Origin: Paramecium tetraurelia
Lineage: Eukaryota
Assembly (NCBI GenBank): GCA_000165425.1
Contig: CT868208.1
Coordinates: forward strand, 496,001 to 534,934
Direction: 5' to 3'
DNA length: 38,934 nucleotides
Shown one piece after another: positions 25,420 to 37,517 of the stretch (its first letter is position 1; every line of letters starts with the position of its first letter). A program made the translations under genes and the position numbers. The notes beneath the pieces are model-generated. The model made no database searches and had not been told where the DNA came from. It saw only the letters and a program-made list of their open reading frames with translations.

Positions 25420-28400
25420 ATGTCTAATAAGGGAGAATCTTTAAAATTTGGATAGGTGATCTCAATAAGTCCATTAGCCAATTAATCCCTTTTTGTCTAT
25501 AGCGACGGATTAGTTAAAACGGATGCCAAGGTAATTGTAGAGAAATAAGATTAGTTAGTCGAAATATCGCCTGACATAATGGCTGCAGGTTCACTCTATT
25601 ACTACAGTTTGTATAGAATTTACCCTGATTTCATTACAACCAAATTGCAAATGGCTATAAATTTTAAAGAAGAAACCATGCAGGATGATAATTCAAAAAA
25701 AATGTAGAAACTCAAAGATCTCCAAACCAAAGTACAAATCTAAACTTAACAATAGATTATAGCAGATTATAAATCGAACATAGATGTTTCAACCAAATAT
25801 AAGGATAAGCCATTATCCTTCAATAATTTAATTTAGTTTATGCATGTAGCAACAAATCGATTTTTGTCTTTATCTAGTAAGGAAGCAAAGGACGAAAAGG
25901 AAAACTTTCGCTTGGAACTAGTAGAATATCCTTCCTCAAAAACGGTATTTCAATTATAACCTGCCTTCGTACATTAAAAGGAATCGAATTCAGAAGTTTA
26001 TGCAGGCGATAGTGTATATATCATGTGTGATCACATTTATTTGGGAATCAAGCCGAAACTAAGAGCCACACTTAAGTACGGTGTTATGGATACATATGAG
26101 TATCTACAGGATAGATCTATCTACGCAGTTCCCAATTTAAAATTGCTCAAGAAAATGACAGACCAACTAGCACAATAATAGGATGTCTTAGAAATCACTC
26201 CAACTATTCAGAAATTCTAGAAAGTCGCCAGTTTAGCCAAAGGGTAAAGCATTCGAAGACAAACAACATGTAAATTTGAGTGCTAAATTATTTAGTAAAA
26301 TAAGAAGAAGAAGTAAAGCCTGTCGGGTAAACGAGTGAAGTCAATATTTCATTGGAACATCAGAGTCCTTGGGTATTAACGGTGTTCTGTAATTAAAATG
26401 ACAATGAACAAATTATAAGTTTTAATGATGTTATATGGATTCATCATATTGAAGAAAATTCACTTTTAACTTTGGGTAGAAATCAGGATAATGAACTAAT
26501 AATAACATTTTAGAAATAGTCAAATGAATAATAGAGCGAATTTAATGGCGACTCCAATGGAATGTTTTAAATTGAAAATGAAGATCTAAACAAAGGAGGA
26601 TTAGTTGAATGGGGTTAGAGTCTGAGGTTGAGACATTTCATTCTTGGCAAATATTTAGCAATAAATTATGAACCAATAAAATCGGGTTAATTGTTGTTAT
26701 ACTTATCTGATCAACCCACACCCAATACTCTATTCTAATTTTTAGCAGTACCAACTATGGGATCCAATACAGTAAGCTAGAAATATGTCACTAAAGATGC
26801 CTTTATGAAGATGAAAGCAGTGGGTAAATCCTCATAATGGGTACATCTAGAATAAAAAAAAATTGTAATTCAATATCTATATATGTTATTAGTTATAAGC
26901 AAATAGTAAATACAAGGACACTGTTGTTGAGGAAGATAAATCAGTAATTGTTATTAGATTAACTGATAATACTGAGGATGATGACGTATTGAAATTGTAC
27001 AAGGCAAATTATAGTGATGTTCTAGAAACAAACTTTCTAATTACAGGTTTCCCAGTTCTTAGAAGAGGATTAACTAAACTCAAATCCAATAAAGATATGA
27101 CTAAGGAGGCACAGAAATAACAAATGATCAAAACATATAAGAAATTAACTACTACTATTGAAAAGTTAGAAAAGTTTTGTAAAAATTCTTTAATCAACAC
27201 TTAACTTGATATTAAAAACACCAAAGTGGCGATATTATAGAGATAGAAAATACTAAGAGAATAATACTTCATTGATCTCCTAATAGAAATTATGAAATAA
27301 ATTACAAACGAAGATGAATTAAGATAATATAGTGAGTATTAGTTAGCCCAGCATAAGGCAGCTTTAGAAAAGCAGACGAAGACTACACTTGCTGTTTCTT
27401 AGAGATCTCATATTGGTTCAGATATCAGTCCCTTAAGAGCAAAAGATTCACAAATAAATTCCTTAAGTATTGTATGACTCTATTATTTTCAGATTAAATT
27501 GCAGTTGGGAGATCGGCAGCTAGTTAGTTAGTTTCATCCCATCAAATATAATCTTAGCAAAGAACTTAAGCAAGAAAAAAGAAAATGGAAATGGCATTTT
27601 TGTCTGAAAAAATGAGTGTGCTAAAAGTTATATATCGATTGCTTAGAAGCATTTGTTAGGACAATCCAGAGAACTAATTTTATATTTACAAATTGTTTCC
27701 AAACTTTCTCTATTAAATCAAGTATTTCAAAGAAGCAACTGATTGTATCATAACAGTTCTTAGTGGTAATGAACAAATTTTAATCAATTTGTGTGATCAT
27801 ATTAAATTAAATGAGAAATTAAAAGCTCGACAATAAGTGGATAGTGATGAGTCCTAATTATCAGATGAAATGGATATTCAATTTAATTCATCTGCTGATG
27901 AAAAGAAAAATATATTATTATATTATAAAAATTTGACAGAAGATAGTTAAGGATAAAGGAATATTCAATATTTATAATTTTTCAGATGCATATGCAGATT
28001 AAATGACTAAAGTATATCTGTAAATTAAGAAATGATATTCAAATTTATCAAACAAAATGAAAATTTTAAGGGTTCTTTGTTTATGCCAATCATCATGTAA
28101 TTATCTTTAATATTCTTAGTGAATCCACCAAAATGAAAATATGTGTAGATTAAACACAAATTGCATACATTACCAGTATCAAAGAGTAAATAATTATATA
28201 TTATCGTAGTCCTTTAATTTAAAATTATTTAATAGAATAATTATTTTTATATGCAGATTTGGCATATTAGCGAAACTTTTTGTGGAAATCTTATTTGGAA
28301 CGTATCTTTCCAACCCAATTTGTATTTAATTAAATTTTTGACGAAGACAAAGATTAAAGCAAGTAAAGTTTAGGTAATTCTGATTAAGTATTTGACAAAT

Positions 28401-31400
28401 CAATGTAAATCAATTATAAGTCAGCATTCTGCAACATGGCAATAACAAGTAATAAATCACTAAAATCTAGTATTTGTCGACCATGAGCCCTTCAACAAAG
28501 CAATTGTTCCTAACTTATGTAGATTATATACAGAAACAAAACCAATTTCAAAAAGTGTTTAATCAACTAATAAACTGACCAAATTAGCATCCACATATAC
28601 TCCCCTAGTTGACAAGACCTTTAAATTTTTAAATGATCTTTATGATTAAATAAATCTGGATCTAGATTACAAAAAGGAGTAAGCAAGAACCAAAGGCTAA
28701 TTAATAAACTAAGACCCTGACGATAAAAAGAGGTAAGCAAGAACCAAAGATTAATAAAATGATCAAGACTCCTTTATCAATCCATTGGTACTTGATATTA
28801 CTAAATTAATCTCCATAATGATTAGATTTGACATGCTTAAAATAATGAAAAAAGAAGAATTGTATGTTAATATTGTACCCAAACTCATTTCCCTTTTAGA
28901 ATATGACAAAAATAACATGCTATATTCATATATACTTAAATCAGTCAGAGAATCAAAAATTAAAAAGGCAACTGAAGGAATCAATTTAAATGTGATAGGA
29001 AAAGTAACTGCACAATCTTAATTTACAAAACTGGCTAAAGACTTAGCATCATCTATTCTAGGAATTCCACCAAAATAATAAGGTTCATTAGAGGATGAAT
29101 TTTCAGATTATGATACAACTGTTATTGCCAGAAATCCAATAGTTTCTAGTCTTATCTCCATAATCACTTATATGGACACTCTTGGAGTCTAAGAGACAAA
29201 CTCAAAAAATTAGAGTTAATAATAAATACAAAATAACTTCGAAATTGAAATTTAAAAAGAAGTGTGTGGAATCCTTTTATACTTTTAGGATCAAAGATAA
29301 GATTTTTACGTCTCAAACTTTATTTAGTTTTATAAGAACTTCACAAATAAGTTTCAATAATTTAGTTGGAATAATACATTATTAAAGGATAAGTTTTTAA
29401 AAGACTTAGAGTCTGAATTGGTGCAAGCCTTACCACCATTTTTAAAGACTGGAATTGAAGCCATAGATAAATAAGCATAAACCAGCATAGAGGCCATATA
29501 TAAATCGAATGATATGAATGAACTAATTGGAGTAGGAAATCTACTGGCACAATAAAAGAAATTTTAGATCTAAAATCCATAATTAACTGAGACTATGGAT
29601 CTGGATAAATTGACATGTGGAGAATCATAGGCTGAACTCTAACTATTGCCTACCTTAATTGTAACATTTTTTGTCACAAATGACTTTGGATTGTAAAATG
29701 AACTTATTGAATTAATGAGAAGGTCCTTCTCCCAAGTTTCTGAAATGATGTATCACTTAAACAGAATTGAATTACTATTTGATAAGGTAGAGATTGGTTG
29801 TTATCAATTTCTAGAAGTTTCAATATAAGAATTAAAAGTAATTACTGAATGTTCTGAAGTTTGGTTGGTTGATTTCTTAGCATCTCCACAAGGAGAAGTC
29901 AAAGAAATCCAAAAGATCCTAAAGATATTGGCAGATTTGCAATTATTATTGAAACAAGGCACATCCATTGATCATAAAAGTAGAGTTATTAATGGAACTG
30001 ATTAAATATCAGTATCTAGATAAAAAATATTTAACTTCTTAAATGCCTATGAACCTTTACTGAATTTCATAAGAGATACTCAATAACAATTAGTAAAGGT
30101 TTTGGATGATCCATTTTATTCAATGGAGACTAAGAGCTACGTTATCCAACTATTGAAGGCATTATTTGCTTTACTAACAGATTTTTGTGATAAAAATGAT
30201 GAAAATTAAAAAATTATGCATAAAAATGCAAGTCTATTTATGGATGAATTATAACATGACTATGGATAAATGAATTTGTTAAGTGCAATATATAGAGATA
30301 ATAAATAATTATGTTAAAAAATTGATGAGATTTTATTAAAAAAAATAAAATCATTTATCTATGCATATGGAAGATAAGCAAGATTTCTCCACTTATATAA
30401 AAATATTTAAACCTATAAGAACAACCCAATTATTGAGGTATAAACTAAAGTACTTCAATTGTTTATTCCATAACACATCAGCACAGAGGATTATACAGAT
30501 ATCAACGAATTTTATCTTTATGGTGAATTCAAAGCAATTGATGGTAGAAAAGTACTTGAATTCACATTTGAAAGATCACTAGAAACTAAATTGAGTGATC
30601 AACCATTTCTTTATCATAGTGAAATACTGTAGGTCTTATTAGCCACAATTATTGGTGAGGAGAGCTTTAAAATAAATTCTCCTAAATTAAAAAAATTATT
30701 TAAATTACATTATTTGCTTGAATTATTATTACAGCCAGATGATTTTTTATCGGAAGAAGCAAACATTTTGGAAGGATTGGTTGACGTTAATCTGGGTATG
30801 GTTAATGGTATAAAGCACATAAAGCCACAAATTATTGAAATGGCAAATCTATTATATGTGAATAATAAGGTCACAGACTTATATTTATTCATTAAAGAAT
30901 AACATAAATTTACTGAGTTCTTTGCTTAAGAAAAAGGCAGATTAGTTAAAATATAATCATTACAAGGTGATTTCGATTAATACTTGTAATACTTTTTTGA
31001 TTATGTGATTGTTTTGATGAAATATTATTCAAAAAAAGTCATTACAAAAGATTCAGGTTCAGAATATAGAGAAAGATCAGATTATATGGAATTAAAAGAT
31101 ATCATGAACATCATTTTAGGAATGTGCAATACATTGATTCAGCATAAGTTAAAAGTGAATTAATATAATAATTTAGTAGAGTTTGTTCATTCACTTGATG
31201 AATAGACTCTAACTGATAATGCAGGATAGATATCTTAGTCACTATAATAACAAGAATTTGCTAAACCTTAAGTCGAGGAAGAAAATTAAACAATTTTCAC
31301 TTAAAAAAAAAAGGATTCTCCATTAATTCACAATGATAAGGACGAAAAATTAAAACGGACTAATAATAAAACTGATATTGATTAACTAAATTAGGAAATT

Positions 31401-34400
31401 GTAGATTGGAATACAAAAAAAGCTTGGGAAAAATTCTTAGAAGAATGTTAATCACTTTAATCGACAAAAAAAACACAATCTATTGAAATGAGAATCTTAA
31501 GTCAAACATTTTAAGAAGTGCATAAATTTATACCTGATGCTATGATCAAAGAATTAGGTTTGTAAAACTTTTGCTTTAAGGATTTTCTAAAAAAATTAAT
31601 CCGATTTATCGAGGTAGGTATTATTAATAAAGCGAATAAATCGAATTTAATATATACATTATAACTTTTAGAAGATATTTTAGATTCAAAAGAAGATTTA
31701 GAAAAAATTCAAAATGAGTTTGATTCATGCTAAGCTACAAGAATGTTTTTAAATTTATTAGCTGACTTTTAGGTTTATCCTTTTGATGATGATCTCTTAA
31801 TATAATTATTTAAATTTGCTTTAAAGCTAAGTAAAAATGGTAATCAAAGAATACAAACTACTGTATTTAATTATTTTAGTAATTTTGAAAAATCTGAGAT
31901 GATCTTTTTAAAAATGAATCAAATTATTTATGAAGTAATTAATGAAAATAAAAAAACATAATAAGTATTGATGCAATAAAAAAGCTAAAAAGATAAGGAT
32001 TAACATTAAAAATAACTTTATTTGTCTAGTATTTAAGAGTAATAAAATGAAGATGAATCTACCTCAAAAGAAGCTTAAGATGCTAGAAGAAGTAAAATGA
32101 GTATACTAATCTATTTGCTGAAATACTTTTAATTAATATGTGAAGGTCACAATTTATAAATCTAAAACTATCTTAGATAGCAATACAATAGTAGAAACAA
32201 TTATAATATTGTCTAAGCTATGGTTGAATTATTATGCGCTTTTGAAAATGATTTGTAAAGAGATTCTTTTGAAGTGATTATGAACACATTAGAAACATTG
32301 ACAGAACTTGTCTAAGGTCCTTGTTCACAAAACCAATAGGATATTATTGATTCGTTATTTTTAGATGTTGCATCTAATTATTTAAATATGCATATTGAAT
32401 CAAAGAAAAAAAAAGATTAGGATGGAGTTTAAGAAAAAGAAGAACATTCTATTAGAGAAAGATCAAATTCATTGCAGTCTAAAAGTACTGCAAAAGCAGG
32501 TGCAAAAGTTAAAACAATTTAAATTGATAGATGGATGTTAGAAAGATTAAAATATAAGTGCATGGTTTTAGTAAGTTCTTTGTTAGAGTTAAACTCAGAT
32601 ACGAATGCTATTAAACGAATTCTAAGATCCTTGCCAATTAATGTGCTTAAAAAGAACTTAATTATAATTTACAAAAAGCATTAAAAAATGTACAAAAAAT
32701 TAGGATACAATAAAGAATCATTAGGACATGTAATTATTTATATTAATAGTATAGCTTGAAGAAAATCCTCATGATTCAACAAAACCTCCTGAATATCATG
32801 AATTAATTTTAGAAACTGGATTTTTGATTTACTTTTTAATCAATCATTATGCAAATTTGGATACAAAAGAAATAGATCCAGCAACTAGAGATGAACTTGA
32901 GGAAATAAAAGAAAGTCAAAAAAATTCTGATAAAGAAGATCCTTGGGCTTAGTTATAAAATTCTCTTATTGGTTAATTGGCGAGCTTAGTGTTTTCTTTA
33001 GTTGGAGGAATTTTAGAAATGATAAATGAATGGAGAGAGTATGCTTAATAATAATTAATGAAATAATTTAAAGGTAAAGAAAGTGCAGAAGAGGAAGAAA
33101 AACGAAAGGCAGCAAAGAAATTAGCTGCTCAATAGCTGTTTAATGATAGTATCACTTTTTTTTAAAAAAATTCTGCTACTGTTGAAGTTATTAGGGAATA
33201 GTAAATAGAAAAAATCATTTTCTATAAATTATCTTTTTGTAACTACTTACCTTAAGAAACTAAAACTGAGTTTCATGAAACTGTAGATAGAGATTCTACT
33301 AATTCTAAAGTGAGTGCTCTAGTTGAAAATATGCCAAATTTCATGGATGTTGCTAAACATGAAGAAGAACTTACACAATTTTTTAATTAGAATAAGTTTG
33401 TAGCTTTATTTGCAAAGTATGTTATTTTGTGGAAAGACTTATGCTTTTTATTGACTCTAGTGTTAAACGTATTTATTGTTCTTTCTTACTATGAAGGGGA
33501 TTCTGATGATCCAGATTAAAGATTTTACGATAGATTAAATTCACCAAAATTTTTAAAAATGTTATCTGTTGAGGAGACAATGTCAATTTTTCGATATTGT
33601 GGAATTGGCATGATTGTTTGTTCGTGCTTTGTTGTTTCGTTTTTTATTCTTAAGAAGGGACCATTGTATGTTAAAGAAGCTTGGAATCAAAGTAAGGATT
33701 TAATCAAGGAGGATCAAATTTGGATTATTAGATTCTTTTTAAAGTTGTATATGGTTGGTTTTTGTTTGGTTAAGGTGTTATTGAACATAGATATGATCTA
33801 TTATTTGGCTTATGGTGTTTTGGCTTTCATTGCAACTTTGGTTCACCCGTTCTTTTTTGCTTTTCATTTAAGTGAAGTGGTCTTAAGATATCCCACACTT
33901 AGAAATATTATAAAATCTTTTTGGGAACCCAAAGTGGCTTTAGGTTTGACATTCATTTTGGTATTGTTAATGAATTACTACTTCACTCTGATGGCATACT
34001 TATTGTTTTACGATATATACACAAATGGTATGATAATCATAATATTTAGGAAAATGTGATTCGTTATTAGTGTGTTTCCTTTCGACGTTTGATTATGCAT
34101 TTAAAAATAATGGAGGTATAGGAGGTTGGTTTGATGGAAATTTTCCATAAGATCCAGCAAATTATAGTTATGGCAGATTTTTCTTCGATTAATTGAATAA
34201 TATCCTCATTCAGATGATTAGTATTTAAATATTTTCTGGTATTATTATTGATACATTTGGTGAATTAAGAGAATAGCAATTAGCTAAAGAGGATGATAAA
34301 GAAAATATTTGCTTTATTTGTGGTCTTGACAGAGAAATTTTTGATATGAAATCCGATGATGGATTTAATAAACATATCAAATAAAGTCATTATATGTGGA

Positions 34401-34691
34401 ATTATGTTTTTTATATGGCTTACATGGATAACAAAAATAAAAGTGAATATAATGGAATAGAAACCTATATCGCAAATAAAAGAAAAAATTAAGATAATTC
34501 TTGGTTCCCTATTGGGTAGTCATTAGAACTTCAAGAAGAATTAGAAGATTAATAAATGATTGAGGAAAGGAAGATATAATCTTTATAATTAAGAGTAATA
34601 AATATTAATATTGTAGATTGATGGAATTAAATAATAGAGCGAAAAAGTACTCTAGATTTTAAATGATATCTAAGAATAAGTAGGTTAATGA
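25420..34691 (+). CDS. IP3 receptor/ryanodine receptor superfamily Ca2+-release channel (IP3R-type architecture, ~3000 aa)
   Basis: N-terminal suppressor-like LKFGQVISI..SDG, MIR GGLVEWGQSLRLRHF..GKYLA, RQKILREQ, SAFCNMAITIFVDHEP, RIH-associated LICEGHNLQIQNYLRQQ and LTELVQGPCSQNQ, TM region, pore NNGGIGG, gate IFSGIIIDTFGELRE, CFICGLDR, HYMWNY and WFPIG. About 8-10 small introns. TGA at 34689-34691. Confidence 0.96.
28671..28772 (+). repeat. Imperfect in-frame 54-bp tandem duplication inside the IP3R-like CDS
   Basis: Units start at 28671 and 28725. The 17-mer GTAAGCAAGAACCAAAG is identical at 28679-28695 and 28733-28749. Protein units are KKEQARTKGQLINQDPDD and KKRQARTKDQQNDQDS. Confidence 0.85.
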
Positions 34692-34788
34692 ATTAATATA
34701 AATTATAATATGTTTAATATTAAAGAGACTAAAAAATTTTATTATTAATAAATAAAAAATGATGGAAATTTAATAAAATACAAGCTTA

Positions 34789-37517
34789 TCACTTGACTTT
34801 TTAAAGCTATCTGTATCTAATCTGAAGTTTCATTTTTTCATCTTCAATGGCTAATCTTTAGCCCAACTTTAAAAGGGATTATGAGACCTTCTCAGATCTC
34901 AGTTATTTTTCAGAATTCCTCAATCTACAATGCTCGACCATAGAAGAGTTCTCAAATATCAATTAAGCAGGTTGTTATTCAGACTTTTCTAACAGATGTT
35001 CTTCAGGATGAAGCATCTCCTTTGTAAGACCTATTTATGACTAATTACCCTTTTGAGTTTTGTGCAAATTTAAATTATTTTAGGGAGAGTTTGTGCTTCT
35101 GAAAGAGGAATTATAATCAAATTTATCAGAATGAACCGATTTATGTAGAGATCCTACTAAAGAGGCAGATCTATTTTCATAAATATCTTGTTATTAACTC
35201 ACAACTTGAGATTCTTTAACACCATCTTTCAACTTTTGCTGCGAAGTTTTACTTTAATTTAATTTTCTATCTTAGTAAAATATAAATACGGCTAACTGTA
35301 CTAGCTCTGATTATGCAAGATTTAAGATCCTTTTTAGGTCTTCGAATCTTGACCTGGAACTTTCAATGCTACATTTTGATGAGAAACACTTAAATTTGGA
35401 ACTTCAAATTGAGCATTCCATAATTCTTATTTGGGAATTTTTTCAAACAAATTTAAAATTTTTTCTTTTTCTACTCCTTTTCTGTATACATTTGATAATG
35501 ATGGAAATAAATTTACTAAACTATCAAAAATCTTAAAGATCTACACAGTTGTTAATATTTGATCTGATGAGTTTTGTTGTTGTTCTTGTGTAAAAACCTA
35601 AGCCGAAACCAAAATTTCATCTAGAAAAATAATCTATTTAATTTACTTCTGAAACATTTGATAATAACCTTTTAGTCACTCCACTTTCTCTTTTAATCAT
35701 CCATAACCTAGACAGGAGATAATTTGGCAATTTTCTCGCCTCTCCAGACATCATACAATCTTACTTCTGACTCAGCATCTTATACAACTGCTATTCCTGA
35801 ACTGCTTACGGCTAATGACATTATTCTCCATAATCCTTGCTTTTATTCATCATAGTTTATTTTTGTTCCTTTGCGGAATTAATTTGTTCTTTTGCACAAC
35901 GTAATCCCTTCAATCGTATTATAAATATGGATGCTCCCATCATAAGAACAGCTAACTATTCTCTCATTCTCACAAAATTCTATATGGCTTACAATAGTTT
36001 AATGTTTATCAAGATAAAATCTTTCCTATTAGAAAACCAAATCATATATTAGAATTGACCCTTACTATAATCCTAAGCCTAACAACGAAAAATTTTTAGA
36101 GACGGCTAAACAAGATAGTGGGTATATCAATGGAATTTCAATTAATCGGGTTTCATTTTTTTTATTAATTATTGGTAATTGAAATTTCATTTCTTATTCT
36201 TAAGTAAACTATGCGATAAGATATTATGGTAAATTATTTCTCTTTGGTTAATTAAAGTAATGAAGTTCTAATTTTGTTGTGTTTGACCATCCAACTACTA
36301 TACCAACAACAACTTCAAATTATTTAAACTATGAAATATAACAATGATTACCTTGTCAAAGGCCTTTTATCCGTTTTAAACGTTAACTGTCTCATGTATA
36401 AAAGCAAAATATGGCTTAAATTTTTATATGGGATATTCCTCACTTATATCATAACCATCTTTAATCTGATGCTTAATTATTAGTTGGTTATTATTTTCTT
36501 CTAAACCTGATTCTTCTTTTACTTATTGAATTACTTCCTATTTCTTTTATGGTTAAGCATTAGGTTATTATTTTTTTTTATCTTCTTTCACTTCAACTTC
36601 TTTTGGGAGATTTTATTCTTTAAATGAATTTATGATTTCATTAAATTTTTATTCTTTCTTTAATCCTTAAAATTTAATCTGATAAAATAGCTCAGTAATT
36701 TCAGTTACTGCAACATCAGTTTATGGATTTAATGGGATTTATTGTTTCAACTATTCTTTTGTAGCCTGTTACTTTTAATTTTACAGCGGAGGCAATAGAG
36801 TATTCTAATTCTACTATGATGTTGCCTATGTTGGCTGTTATGATTCCACCTTTAATTCAGGTATTTTATAAATAACCACATTACCATTATATTAAGTTAT
36901 TAATATATATTGCGAATACTTGCTGATTTCTATATCCATAGGAAGCTCACCAATACCAGTTGCATTTTTAGTGACTTATATAAAATGGATTTAGCTGATT
37001 TTGTTCTCTCCTGGTTTATATTTGAATATTTGTACTACTGGATCTAAGTGACTTATTACTCCGATTCTAAAAATGGTGGAAACTGTTACATGCAAATATT
37101 TTTTTATTCATCATTCGCTCCATCTCTAATTCCTAAGCAAACTTTATTTATTCTTTTTGGGCTGACCTCTTTTTTACAAATTTTCGTTTTCTTACTCATG
37201 TCTAATATAAAAATGTTTCCTTGTAAATCTCCTGCTGCAATTTGTAAATTCGAGCTATTTGAGCTTATAGATGTAATATTCGAAATGTCAAAAATACCCT
37301 AAGGAGGCAATGTTCTCAAGGGACCTTCATAATTTGGATCCGACCTGTATTTTTCAATTAAGAACACCTTCGAATATACTTCCAAAAGAATATCCTTTTA
37401 GATGATTTTATTAATGAATCTTGAAGCTAAATGTTATCATTACCTAAAGGGCTCAGGTAATTTATCAACAAAATTGTTTGGATTGCAAAAATCCCAATCA
37501 TTCAACTAATCGTTCAT
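34789..37517 (-). CDS. WD40-repeat protein, WDR93 (CFAP297)-like
   Basis: N-terminal DWDF..FVDKLPEPFRFINKII resembles the WDR93 DQLPQPYRMINK motif. WD blades include LGLQQGSILIYD and RIVSCSYDGSIHIYN. The first intron (24 nt) carries an in-frame TGA. TGA at 34789-34791. Confidence 0.78.

Noticed and set aside
8659..30582. Standard-code ORFs at 8659+, 12865+, 29182+ and 30361+
   Set aside because: They lie on the same strand but out of frame within longer ciliate-code CDSs.
37514..37517. Vps23-WDR93 fusion protein by frameshifting or splicing
   Set aside because: Both proteins look complete on their own, there is no suitable frame-changing GT..AG intron at the junction, and such a fusion has no precedent I know of.
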